From Octopus vulgaris (Eukaryota): DNA of 64,000 nucleotides. The notes under the pieces are model-generated. The model was not told where the DNA came from and made no database searches. It saw only the letters and a program-made list of their open reading frames with translations. The translations under genes and the position numbers were made by a program. Shown here one piece after another: positions 40,257-53,189 of this stretch; position 1 is the first letter of the stretch; the number at the start of each line of letters is the position of its first letter. Where the stretch lies: positions 107,446,001 to 107,510,000 of the forward strand of contig OX597818.1 in NCBI GenBank assembly GCA_951406725.2, in the 5' to 3' direction.

Positions 40257-41396
40257 GTGCTTCTTACATGCCACTGGCATAGGAGCAACTCAGGCAGGCC
40301 TGGCATCAATCATGTTCAGATAGTGCTTCTTACATGTCACCGGCACAGGGCCCACTCAAGCAGGCCTGGCATCAATCATGTTCAGATAGTGCTTCTTACA
40401 CGCCACCGGCACAGGGGCCACTCAGCCAGGCCTGGCATCAATCATGTTCAGATAGTGCTTCTTACGTGCCACTGGCACAGGGGCCACTCAGCCAGGCCTG
40501 GCACCAATCATGTTCAGATAGTGCTTCTTACGTGCCACTGGCACAGGGGCCACTCAGCCAGGCCTGGCATCAATCATGTTCAGATAGTGCTTCTTACGTG
40601 CCACCGGCACAGGGGCCACTCAGCCAGGCCTGGCATCAATCATGTTCAGATAGTGCCTCTTACGTGCCACTGGCACAGGGGCCACTCAGCCAGGCCTGGC
40701 ATCAATCATGTTCAGATAGTGCCTCTTATGTGTCACTGGCACAGGGGCCACTCAGCCAGGCCTGGCATCAATCATGTTCAGATAGTGCTTCTTACGTGCC
40801 ACTGGCACAGGGGCCACTCAGCCAGGCCTGGCATCAATCATGTTCAGATAGTGCCTCTTATGGGTCACTGGCACAGGGGCCACTCAGCCAGGCCTGGCAT
40901 CAATCATGTTCAGATAGTGCTTCTTACGTTCCACCAGCACAGGGGCCACTCAGGCAGGCCTGGCATCAATCATGTTCAGATAGTGCTTCTTACGTGCCAC
41001 CGGCACAGGGGCCACTCAGCCAGGCCTGGCATCAATCATGTTCAGATAGTGCTTCTTACGTGCCACTGGCACAGGGGCCACTCAGCCAGGCCTGGCATCA
41101 ATCATGTTCAGATAGTGCTTCTTATGTTCCACTGGCACAGGGACCACTCAGCCAGGCCTGGCATCAATCATGTTCAGATAGTGCCTCTTATGTGTCACTG
41201 GCACAGGGTCCACTCAGCCAGGCCTGGCATCAATCATGTTCAGGTAGTGCTTCTTACGTGCCACTGGCACAGGGGCCACTCAGCCAGGCCTAGCATCAAT
41301 CATGTTCAGATAGTGCTTCTTACGTGCCACCAGCATAGGGACCACTCAAGGCAGGCCTGGCATCAGCCATGTTCTGATGATGCTTTTTATGTGCCA
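40257..41396. repeat. 66-bp tandem array, 17 units plus a partial
   Basis: Unit GTGCTTCTTACGTGCCACTGGCACAGGGGCCACTCAGCCAGGCCTGGCATCAATCATGTTCAGATA starts at 40257+66n up to 41313. Confidence 0.97.
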
Positions 41397-42174
41397 TTCA
41401 AACTTAATGTTTTTCTCCAGCATTTTTAGTTCTTTGTTTGTTGAAGAGACCCAAAGCAGTTCGGTGAAAGCCATTTCTTGGAAGCCAGTTTTTTGCCTCC
41501 TTAGAAGTCATGAGGTTAATGAGATAGCTATGCAGAACAGTTAATCAGATAATCAGATAATTCCATAGCACAGAAGGATGACATCACCGGTGATGTCATC
41601 TTAGACCATGGGAGTGTTCCATGGTAAACCTGTCTTCTATGGGATGATGTGTAACAGGTGATTTTCAATGTTGGTCTTCCTTGTCACCACCATCATCATC
41701 ATCATCATCATCACCACCACCACCACCACCACCATTGCAGCTGCCACCAGCACTGCCGTCGTTGTCGTCGACCTCCTCCTCTTCCTCATCATCATCATCA
41801 TCAGCAGCAGCAGCAGCAGCATCTTCAGTAAAATCTTACCTAAGTCTGGCGTCAGGTAAAAACAGTTGTTTTTCCCACATGCCTTGCGTTTTTGTGTTTC
41901 CTGAAACGGTCTCACAAGTGGGTTTTAAGGTTATTTGTCCTTAAAGAATGCACAAGGAACAAGCAAGGAGTGCACTCTCTGCAAGTACGACTTGACACAT
42001 GACATATCCATCACGTTCCTACATCCATATTCTTCACTTTGGCACAATTGTTCCATGAGCGACTCTCCATGGTTATGAGAGTGTAAGACATAAATTAAGT
42101 ATCCGTTTACTTAATATTCGGAATTGTAAGGCTGTTGGCAAGAAATCATTCAAATGCTTCCCATCACCACCACC

Positions 42175-42220
<46 letters not shown>

Positions 42221-42936
42221 GTCTTAATGATTGTACTAGAGTTTTTGTTGGAAATAGTATTGTCGTAGCGGTGATAGTTACCGTTACAATAGCAATAGCT
42301 ACAGTTGTAGTCGTATTATGATGTGTTTTTCTATTTTTATTTTTATGAACGTGTGTGTGTGTGTGTGTGTAAGGAGGAGGTGGTGATGGCTTCCCTTTCA
42401 GGCAATTTATATTCTTTGAAATCAAAGTGAAAATACAATATTGTCTTTTAAAAGAGATTCAGCTCAGTTGAATGTACATAAATTACTTGGAAATTCTGAA
42501 AGCTCTGTATCTCTTCGAAGATTCACTATAAGTTTCCTACTGATTTTAACTGGCTACACTGAAATACGTTTCATTTATCTTATTCACATATCATTCTAAT
42601 GGATTCTCACCACATACTATTCTATCTTCGAGAATGGAAAATTACATGTCTACATTCTTCACTCTATATATTTTGTTGTTGATTTTTTCTCCAAAATATT
42701 TAAAATATTCCCACCCAATACTCTTATAATTGTATTCCAAAGAGACTTAAAAAAATAACATAAATAAAAACAAATTTATTGTTACCAAGTACAAATTTCT
42801 GGTAAGTACCTTGCAAACCATTTCTGAAGTTTCGGATCAGTTTTTAGTTTTTATATTACTTGATCCTGTTCAAGACAATAAACCGAAAACAGACGACGTT
42901 AAATAAACCGACATGTCCTGAATATATGGAATAAGA

Positions 42937-43290
42937 AGGTGGCGAGCTGGTAGAAACGTTAGCATGCCGGGTGAAATGCTTAGAGGTATTTCGTCTGTCG
43001 CTATGTTCTGAGTTCAAATTCCACCAAGGTCCACTTTGATTTTCATCCTTTCGGGGTCGATATAATTGACTTAAGCCATTTGTCTGTCCTTCTTTGTACC
43101 CTCTGTGTGTAGCCCCTTGTGGGCAGTAAAGAAATAAGAAGTTTTGTTCCCAGCAACATAGTTCTTGGTTCAGTCACACTGCATGGCACCTTGGGTAAAG
43201 TATCTTCAAGATCTGTTTGACTAAAATTTTTCAAGGCAGTGCCCAAGTATGGCCACAGTCTAATGACAGAAACAAGTAAACGATAAACGA
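42937..43290 (+). mobile_element. Family B SINE followed by a family A fragment
   Basis: GGTGGCGAGCTGGTAGAAACGTTAGC..GAGTTCAAATTCC..TTTCATCCTTTCGGGGTCGAT. Confidence 0.75.
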
Positions 43291-43478
43291 TAATAGATAC
43301 AGCATGCAGTAATAATCCAATAATCCATTTAGGGTCATGTGGTATTAACATTTTAAACTAGGAGCAAAATAACGGAATGTGTATTGTTGTGGACTCCTGT
43401 TTCATAAGTTTTACATTCAAGTTCAATACAAATTGTATTGATTCTATATCGATATAGATATCAGAAAAAAACAATAGA

Positions 43479-44230
43479 TCATCATCATCATTTCATCATC
43501 ATCATCATCATCATCGTCTAACGTCCGTTTTCTATGCTAGCATGGGTTGGATCGTTCAACCGGGCTCTGGGAGGCCAGAAGGCTGCACCAGGATCCAGTC
43601 TGATCTGGAGGTGCTTCTACAGCTGGGTGTCCTTCCTAATGCCAACCACTCCGTGAGGGTAGTGGGTGCTTTTTACGTTCCACTGGCACAGGGGCCAGAG
43701 TAGGCTGGCAATGGCCACGGTCGGTTGGTGCTTTTTACATGCCACCAGCACACGGATCCCAACTACAATTTCCATTTGATTTTCATTTTGGTGTTGATGT
43801 ACTTGACTCAAAAGGTCTCCTCAAGCACAGCATGTCGCCCTACGATGCAAGGTCCTTTTGAATGGGCTGAGGCTGGGGCTGGTTATGCAAAATTGGTGTA
43901 GGATACAGCTGTGAACTCACTTTATTTGCTGGGTCTTCGCAGTCACAATATACCTCCAGAGGTCTTGGTATTTCGTTATTGCCTCTGTGAGACCCATCGT
44001 TTGAAGATCATGCTTCACCACCTCATCCCATGTCTTCCTGGGTCTACTTCTACCCTGGATTCTTTCAACTGTTTGGGAGTGGCATTTCTTCACACAGTTC
44101 TCTTCATCCATCCGTAGTACATGACCATACCAATGCAAATGTCTCTCTTGCACACCACATCCAATGCTTCCTATGTCCAACATCTTGTGGAATATTATCG
44201 TGTTGCGAGGGGAAAGATCTGACTGCCTTA
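43479..44230 (-). mobile_element. 5'-truncated RTE-clade LINE
   Basis: ORF 43917-44345: RHLHWYGHVLRMDEENCVKKC..GRSRPRKTWDEVVKHDLQTMGL..WR; 3' UTR and (CAT)n tail. Confidence 0.85.
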
Positions 44231-44401
44231 TTTTTTTAGGGCTGGTAGAATGTTCTGTGGTCACTCTATTATTTTCACAGCAATGTTGTATGGAAAAATC
44301 TAGTTCAACTGCTGAAAATTTGACAAAGCTGGTAAAAAGTAACAAAATGAACTTCTGTGAAACTTTGCTTACTTTTTACTATCATGTTTAAAAATTGGTT
44401 T

Positions 44402-44608
44402 CAAATTTTGGTACAAGGCCAGCAATTTTGGGGGAGGGGTACATCGATTACATCAGCCCCAGTATGTAACTGGTAGTTATTTTATCAAGTCTGAAAGTGT
44501 GAAAGGCAAAGTTGAACTTGGTGGAATTTGAACTCAGAACATAACAACAGACAAAATGCCATTTAGCATTTTGCCTGGCATGCCAACGTTCCTGCCAGCT
44601 CACCACCT
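44402..44608 (-). mobile_element. SINE family B
   Basis: Same layout as 37650-37850. Confidence 0.75.
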
Positions 44609-44689
44609 GGTCTTGCTTAAATATCGTGTTGCAAAAGTATGTATGAAGCACTCACTTTATTCATCTGGAAACCTCAGCCTTCCTAGATT

Positions 44690-45560
44690 ACAACATAGAT
44701 ATTTAACTGCAGAACCAAGTACCCCAATAACTATGGTCATAAATCTAAATTATTATCTGGGTGGAGCAGCTCTAGGTTTTGAAGATGTAGTTCTTCAATA
44801 TTCTCTTTACCATTGATTTTGAATAAAATATCCATATCTGCAGGGTAAATGACCTCTCAAACTAATTCATCTGTCTTTTCCTTCCCAAGCAACGATATCA
44901 GACCTGTTATGTTTACACTTGGTGGAAGTTTAGATAGCAATGTTCTACCAATAATGCTTGTGTTGATAATTTTATATGAATTCAATAACTGAAATATTTT
45001 CTATATTTTCAAGCAGCCTTTTCTACTGATGACAATGATATATATTGTTTTAGCAACAACATGGTTCCACATTGGAAGGTCGTCTATAAATGTCACTTTT
45101 GAACAGCTGTTGATCACCTGTCAAATATTTTCCTCACGACTGTCACGTAATCAACGTTTCTGGTCTCATCTTGGGGATTAAAGTGCTTCTCTGTTTCTTT
45201 TATTTGTTATGTATTTTCTCACTATCTCCTGCTAACCTTCAAAATGTGATGCAAGATCACAAGACCAAGAGAAACCACACTGCCTGTCAATAAAGCATCA
45301 CTCACATTTTATTGGAACATACTCAGGCATAAACGGTTTTTTTAATTATTATTTTTAGTCTGTAGAGTGTTTCTCTTCCAGAACCTTGATGAGGAATGAT
45401 AGCCAAGCAATCCTGGGGTTACATTGCATAATATCTAAGAATGAACTCGTATTGAAGAGCAGTTCAATCTTCATCCATAGCATGTTATTCTCTTCACTTT
45501 TGAAGAATTGGTTTGTGTATTTGATGCGCCAGCACCTGCCTGGTTATCTAAATACTTATA
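44690..45560 (-). pseudogene. Possible highly decayed piggyBac-like transposase
   Basis: Only weak minus-strand motifs in the expected order (TQTN, WS.D...F, HF, R.IFD, LKQYI). Confidence 0.3.
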
Positions 45561-45849
45561 TACAAGTTGCGTTCCACAAGTTTTGAAATGTCTTTGAAGT
45601 GAGGCAGTTATAACTGCCCTAAGTTACTATAATTTTGGTATATTGTTATTATACATCAAATAAGCTGACCTGCCAATGTGAAATATTTGAAAGAATCTGT
45701 CTCTCTTGTTGATTTCAAGAGCCATATGAGGGGACATGAAGAAGCAGATGCAGTACCCCTTGCAGGTACTTTGAAGTGCAACATGTATGACCTGAAGTAT
45801 CATCTATGAAGAAATTCCAAGACATCATACCTGAGGATCACTTGACACT

Positions 45850-46254
45850 ATGTATGATGTGTATGTATGTATGTATGTATGTATGTATGTATGTATGTAT
45901 GTATGTATGTATGTATGTATGTATGTATGTATGTATGTATGTATGTATGTATGTATGTATGTATGTATGTATGTATGTATGTGTGTATGTGTGTATGTAT
46001 GTATGTATGTATGTATGTATGTATGTATGTATGTATATAAGTATGTATGTATGTACGTAGGTAGGTAGGTAGGTAGGTAGGTAGATAGGTAGGTAGGCAG
46101 GTAGGCAGGTAGGTAGGTAGGCAGGTAGGTAGGTAGGTAGGTAGGTAGGTAGGTAGGTAGGTAGGTAGGTAGGTAGGTAGGTAGGTAGGTAGGTAGGTAG
46201 GTAGGTAGGTAGGTAGGTAGGTAGGTAGGTAGGTAGGTAGGTAGGTAGGTAGGT
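45850..46254. repeat. Compound (GTAT)n then (GTAG)n tetranucleotide array
   Basis: Sharp unit switch at ~46057. Confidence 0.95.
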
Positions 46255-47379
46255 CGGTCTTAAGTGGTTAGGTCAGTTATGTAGATTGTTAGTTACTTAG
46301 TTAATTATGCTGGTAGGTAGAAAGGTAGGAAGATAGGCAAGCAAATAGGTTGGTACATAGATAAGTAGGTAGGTAGATAAATAGATAAGTAGAAAGATAG
46401 GTAGATCGATAGATAGGTACATAGACAGGTAAGAACACTGGTAGTACAGACAGACACACACAAAAGCAGACACACACACACACACAAGGAGACAAAAACA
46501 CATGACCATACACACTCACCACACACATGCAAACACACATGGACATATATAGACACACATGCATACAGAACTGGTAGACGTGCATACACACGTAATCATA
46601 TGCATAGATACACTCCAGTATGCATGCACAAGGAAACAGAAGCCAACACACATGTGCACACACACACATACACACACACATGAATACGCAGAAGAATACA
46701 TACACACATACATACATATGCAAGCACACACACACATACTGGCATGCACACCAGGTGCCTGCAGCAATGTCTCAAGCAAACGCATGTGGCCTTCACGATG
46801 GACAAAGACAGAAGTCATTGAAAAGGTTGCAAGAAGCAACGAAAGAGCTTTAACAAACAAAAACAAAATCAATGACTTACTGTTCAACCGAATTAAACAA
46901 ACAATCGATTAGTTAGTTGGATATTTAAACAACTGACTAATGATAAAGGAATTGGACCAGTGCATGTGTTAATGATATTGGCATAATGACTTTCTCTAGA
47001 CACAACAAAATTTGTTTCAACATACAAATTCACATAAAGAATCTAGCAAATCAGATACAAAAAGGAAATATTAAACTTACTCAATGTCTTATTTGTGGAA
47101 TTTATCTCTTGCTTTGTTTCATTTGCCCATAAAGCTGTTCTAGCAAATAGAGCTTAGGTTAGAATTCCCTAAGATACATTTAGAAGAATTCATTCTATAT
47201 ATATCATCTTTATTGTCCATATTTGGTCATTAAGCTCTTAGCCCCACTGTATAAAAGAGTACCACATTTAATTACCTGCATTAATATATTTTGCCAGGCA
47301 CTTCATGAATATATGTCTAATGCTTCTAGATCAGCCAGTAAATTGAATACCCACTGACTGTTTTCATTTCTATATGTAT

Positions 47380-47762
47380 CGTGGCACTCTGTTGGTTACG
47401 ACAATGAGGAGGGTTCCAGTTGATCCGATCAACGGAACAGCCTGCTCCTGAAATTAACATGCAAGTGGCTGAGAACTCCACAGATATGTGTACCCTTAAC
47501 GTAGCTCTCGGGAATATTCAGTGTGACACAGTGTGACAAGGCTGGCCCTTTGAAATACAGGTACAACAGAAACAGGTAGGAAGAGTGAGAGAAAGTTGCA
47601 ATGAAAGAGCACAGCAGGGTTCGCCACCAACCCCGGCCAGAGCCTTGTGGAGCTTTAAGTATTTTCATTCAATAAACACTCACAACGCCTGGTCTGGGAA
47701 TCGAAACTACAATCCTATGACCGTGAGTCCGCTGCCCTAACCACCAGACCATTGCACCTCCA
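47380..47762 (-). mobile_element. SINE family C, near full length
   Basis: Minus-strand head GGAGGTGCAATGGTCTGGTGGTTAGGGCAGCGGACTC..GTTTCGATTCCC (tRNA-like A/B boxes); head fragment repeated at ~47970-48035. Confidence 0.8.
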
Positions 47763-49448
47763 CATATATATTGTACATACAATCCAAAACACAAAACTCT
47801 ACTAGAGAAGCATATTTACGTCCCATAGTTCAGCGTTAGATTATACAGTGAAATAATTAAAGAAAAACAAAAATACTCAAATGTACAACAACAACAACAA
47901 TAATAATGATGATGACCATGAAGATAGTAGTAATGATTTCTACCAAAAGCACAAAGCTTAAAGTTTGAGGGTCTGGGAATCGAAACCATGATCCTACGAT
48001 CACGTGTTTGCTGCCCTAACCACCGGGCCATTGCATCTCTCTATAGATATCTGTAACACTGATGAATATCTAGTTTTGTCAATATTAATTTTATTTGTAA
48101 ATAATTGTCATGAAATATAATTAAATCTGTTTCATCGTAGTAATGACAGTTGTAAGATGACTCTACAATGAATTACATCTGAACCAAAACATTTCAATTT
48201 AGTTGCATATACCTTTAACTTCTGTGAAACTGGATCTGTGGAACTTAGTCTCTTACTAATATTTCAGACTGGATGACAAGGCAGTGAGAGGCTGGCTGAA
48301 TCGTTACCATGCAAGCAAATGGCTTAGTGGCATTTCATCCATTTTTGTGTTCCGAGTTTAAATTCCACCATGGTCCTTTGCATCCTGTTGGGGAAAACAA
48401 AATAAGTACCAGTAGCATACTGGGGTTGATGCAGTTGACTCAATCCTACCCTCCTGAAATTGCTGACCTCATGCTCATATTTGAAATATCACAGACTGAT
48501 TTCTGTGTCTCTTTTCTCAGACACTTGAGTGCCGGCCCAAAGCACTCTTACATTTATCAATGCTTACCTAGGTGCACAGATGTATTCTGCATATATTTCA
48601 AAGGCTAATCAATCTTGTACTGTGTTTTTGTAATGCTGCATATTTCGTTCACTGCATTCAGCTGCATTAGGATTTGTGCCGTATGAGTATATTTTTGATA
48701 TTTACTTGTGTGCGTATCTATGTCTAATATATGTTGTGTGTGGTGTGTGAGCTTGCCTATGTGAGTGTCCACCACTACAAAGAAAATAGCAATATCCTGT
48801 TGGCAATGATGACTATGATTGGATGATAATGAGAAAGAAAACAATTGCTGTGAATTATGGGGAGAAACAATGAAATAAAAAGCAGGGCACAAGGAATCTT
48901 ATAAGTTACTAATGGCTGTAAGGTTGGTGTGAACGAAACTTTGAACTGTAAGATTGAGAGTGAAAAAGAATAAATGAGAGAACGAAGGGTTATAGGAGAG
49001 ACGTGGAAGCCGGAAGAAAAAGAAGAAATTGTGGATTTAATATTGGTTTATTGAGTGTTTATTCATGGCAAGTGTTTCCATGCGTTCGATTAGATTGTAA
49101 ACTCCAGTTGCTTGAATTTAGTTATATTTACAGCATTGAGATTCCATGTCATGTGTAGATTACTATAAAGTGTAACTAAAACTAATGCACTTGTGACTTG
49201 GACAGAGGTCTTGGAAATGTGTGTCCTGCACCTGGTAAAGCTTCGCATAACTTTGGAGAAGAAGTCGTAAACACAAACCATAAAACAAATAAGTCTGTAG
49301 TTATTGAAAATTTTCCAGAGTATTATCAATATAATGTCGTGTGTATGTGTGTGTGTGTGTGTTTGTGTATGTTTATATGTATGTGTATTTTATATGCATA
49401 TATATTATACATATATAAGTGTGAGATGTGTGTGTGTGTATAGATATA

Positions 49449-49584
<136 letters not shown>

Positions 49585-51099
49585 TATATACATATTCATT
49601 TATTTATTTATATCTGTATATATTACAGTAAGAACCATTCTGTGTTGTTATACATTAGCCTTTCACTGTTGTATGTGTGTGTGAGTGTGTGGGGGAGAGG
49701 AAGTGGTGAGAATAATCTAAAGGCTACAGATTGGTTTCCAAATTCTTTCATCTAATGCAAGGAATGGTTTGATTCAGCTGAGCAAAAATATTGAATGAAA
49801 TCATCCAGTGGTTCTTTAAATATATGCTAATAGTGATATTGTTAGAAATTCTGTCTCGGTTCATATTGTGTTTTCCCTGCATAAAGTGAATATTACATGT
49901 TAGTGGAATGTCTTGTAATGTTTACTGAAAATGAAGATTTACTATGAAAGCACTAATGACAACATAGTCATGATGTCAGAATTGAGAGCAAGAGATACAA
50001 TGTCAGTAATAAACTAAAAAATATCAAAGGCCACAGGGAACAACTGCTGTGCTGAGTTTATGGTAAAGGTATTTTTCTTGTAAGAAAAATGGAAAATAAC
50101 ATTTTTACATGAATTATATAATTAACAAGAATATAAGTGTAGATTCTCGTAGTGGAGATATCACTAAGCAGCAAGAATGAGAAGTCAAATGACAAACAGC
50201 CGTATAAATTTGAAAATACTGATATTCAATAGAAATATTTAAATATTTTATGATACAGGGTTTTGCTTTGATTGGATGTTTTTAATGTTTTCTAAATTTC
50301 ATTGATGAGGCTGTGCTGTATGTCTACACTTTGGGATCAGACATCAAAGCTAGAGAAGAAGATTAGAATATGGATGTGGATGGGATATACAAAAGACAGG
50401 AGGTTGGAGATTATATTACTGCTATTGAGCAATAGTAATTGCTGCCGAAGCTGGATATTATAACTGTTCGACAGCAGTAAACATTGATATTGAATGTTTA
50501 GACTTGAGAGCAGATATATGACACCAGAAATGGCAAACAAAGTGACTGGAAAGAGAGATGAATGTAGAAATAGGAACACAGTAAATTCAATGGATATTGT
50601 ATCTAAAATTTCATCCTTACCTTACAGAGAGCATTTAAACGAGTGGACAGACTGAGAGCAGACCTTGAAGAGAGAGAGCGAATTACTGAGAAGATCAGGA
50701 ATTGCAACAAAAAGACTTTGACTAGCAAACAACCAATTGATTGTTTAACCATCACATTAAACAAATGATTGATAAGTTAGTTGGTTAGATATTTAACCAA
50801 TTGATTAACAGTAAAGAACTGATATAGAACCTATGCATGTGTTATTATTGGTATGATGACTGTCCCAAGGTGCAACAAAACTTAACTTACCAAGTAAAAG
50901 GTGTTTAAGAATTAATGTGAAGCTCAATCTTAATCCATTAATCTGTCAAGATCAACTTGGTTAGTCTTATATCTAGTTTCAGTTTCTATATATTTTTATA
51001 TAATCAATCAACTACCCAAATGAAAAATTTAGGTCTATTACAAATTTGATCCAATGCAGAGGAAAGTAGTTTAATCATTGCCAAAAGTGAAAGTGGTTG

Positions 51100-51760
51100 A
51101 AATGGCTGGGAGCATAACACATTTCATGTGAATTTATTTGTTTTTCTGTAGCATAACAATAAGTATAATTCCTGAGAATGCCGAAGGGAGATAAAATGAT
51201 ACATGGTCTAAATTCTTTAGAATTTAAATAAAATCTACTAGAAATACTAGAATCATTGCCTTCAAGTGATATCTCGATTGAGTTCAAAATAAATAGGTTT
51301 CAAAAGTCAGAATGAAAAGATTTCAAACCTGACATACACTTAGACGCCAGCTCTGCATGCATTCTTAGAAAAAATGCATAAAGAAAATCCAAATGCATTC
51401 CAAGGTTTCTGCAAAAGATACTGCACTATGGCTGAATAAAAGATCAGATAATCTTGTGTCTTTGGATCATGATTAAGAAATAGAGACTGTTGTAATTGTT
51501 CACCGTTTTTAACAGCAGGAATGATCAGACGAAAATAAGTATTTGAAAATGACAACAATGTCTGATTGTAAGGAATATTTATGTGGCTCCATGACTAAGT
51601 AGAGAAGAGACTTTTCAGATTTCTATACTTGGCAGCAAAGATATGTTAGATTCTTTACCTGGTTTTAGGGTTAAAGCAGTAAACTAGGAATCTGCAAACT
51701 CAGACTCTGTTGAAATCCAAGATGTCATATCACTTTTTGTCTTCACTTTATTTGAAATAA
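51100..51760 (-). pseudogene. Decayed non-LTR RT relic
   Basis: Minus-strand FRPCIILSPF (VRQGC.LSP) and CYA in the position of YADD; weak. Confidence 0.35.
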
Positions 51761-52093
51761 TTGAAATCACATCTTTAGGAATTTGGAGACTATCCTAAAT
51801 AATCACAGACAGAATTATTAGTTGGTCATTTCAACAAAGTGTTTTGTGATATTTAATTATTTCCATTTCAAATACTACCAAACTTACTTTTGCTTTCCAT
51901 TCTTTTAGGGTTAATAAAATAAGTTGGAGTGAAGGAGTGGAATCACTTTAATCAACAATATTCTTTATTATGGAATTAAACCTGTCCAAGAAATCATTAC
52001 TAATTTGGCTGTACTCTATAAAATAGAAACTCAGTGTTTGGAACAATTGAGATATTTTATTTTAACTGAAAGCAATTCTACATACATACATGC

Positions 52094-52171
<78 letters not shown>

Positions 52172-53137
52172 ATCACTGACTTTTACTTGGTTCAAGATAT
52201 TATCATACAACATCAAATATGGACAATAGAACAGGATCTCATTGAGAAGAAGAGTCTCTCAAATGTTGCAGACTTATTTTCCCCGACAGAAGAATAAGAA
52301 TTTTAATTTTTTAAGAAGCCATACACAATTCTTTATTGAATATAATTTCTTATGTTTCCTGTAATATTATGCTAGCAAAAGTTTGGCAGCCAAATAAATT
52401 TCTTATAATTAATTTTCTTTTTTCAGAAATGTTTTAGGGATATTTACGTCTTTGTCATTCTGAAAAATTGCGTATGACTCGTGGCAGGAAATGTTTTATA
52501 CATAATGCCAAAGAATTTGGTACATTGTCATTATAGACAGCATAAATACAATGATCAATGAATTAGTTTACAAGTTGAGAGAACAAAAACGATTTCAACA
52601 GCAACAACAACAACAATCACTTACCATTTTAAGAAATCAAAATACCAGACACAAGGCTACTACAAATACATAGAATTGGTTCCATCAATGCATGTACCTC
52701 ACTGGTACTTCAATTTTACAACCTCTGGAATATTAAAAACTAACATCAACCTTGACAGGAATTTGTTCTCAGAACACGAATGGGCTTACCTAAATACCAC
52801 AAGGCACTAAATATGATATTCTACAAATTCTTCTCTCCCTCACCTTCATTTAAATAACAATAACGATGTAAGGATTCTTCTAAAGTCTTCTGGCATTTTT
52901 TTGTCAAATTCTTTGACATTGCTATAATGATGTACTCATCTAAGGACTTCTAGTAAATTGTTTTAACTTTTAACATAAGGGACTAAAGCCATCTGAATAT
53001 GGCTAGGGACAGGGCAGGGTGGTGGGGGTGTTACTGTTGCATTTAGCCCCAGGCGAACATCGACGTCACCAGAAAGGCTCGACACCGTCACGGTGCCCTT
53101 AACCTGCAAAGGGAGGTAATTCCCCGATGAAGCGGAA

Positions 53138-53189
53138 ACCACACACGGACCATGGTTTCAAGGTGTATTGCCTATCATCGGCGTGTGGT
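53138..53189 (-). ncRNA. Type I hammerhead ribozyme, variant core (unit 1)
   Basis: Minus strand reads ACCACACG-CCGAUGA-U-AGG-CAAUACA-CCU-U-GAAA-CCAUGG-UC^CGUGUGUGGU; predicted GUC cut between 53148 and 53147. Confidence 0.8.

Noticed and set aside
40257-41396. 66-bp array as a CRISPR array
   Set aside because: Whole units repeat with no unique spacers, no cas genes are present, the context is eukaryotic, and the unit derives from an RTE 3' UTR motif.
40257-41429. 390-aa and 319-aa ORFs as genes
   Set aside because: They stay open because the unit is a multiple of 3 and stop-free in two frames; they start and end with the array.
41681-41944. Ser/Pro/Ala-rich 87-aa ORF resembling a transcription-factor low-complexity region
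   Set aside because: Compound (CAT)(CAC)(CAG) trinucleotide tract with no domain or convincing exon boundaries.
53020-53100. Pistol- or HDV-like second ribozyme (GTTGCATTTAGCCCCAGGCGAA)
   Set aside because: Local resemblance only; I could not build the required P1 and pseudoknot pairings on either strand.
53119-53165. Plus-strand hammerhead (CCGATGA-AGCG-GAAA-CCA..TGG-TT) that would make the unit ambisense
   Set aside because: No stem II, and sequence after the putative cut does not pair with the upstream strand; explained as the complement of the extended stem I.
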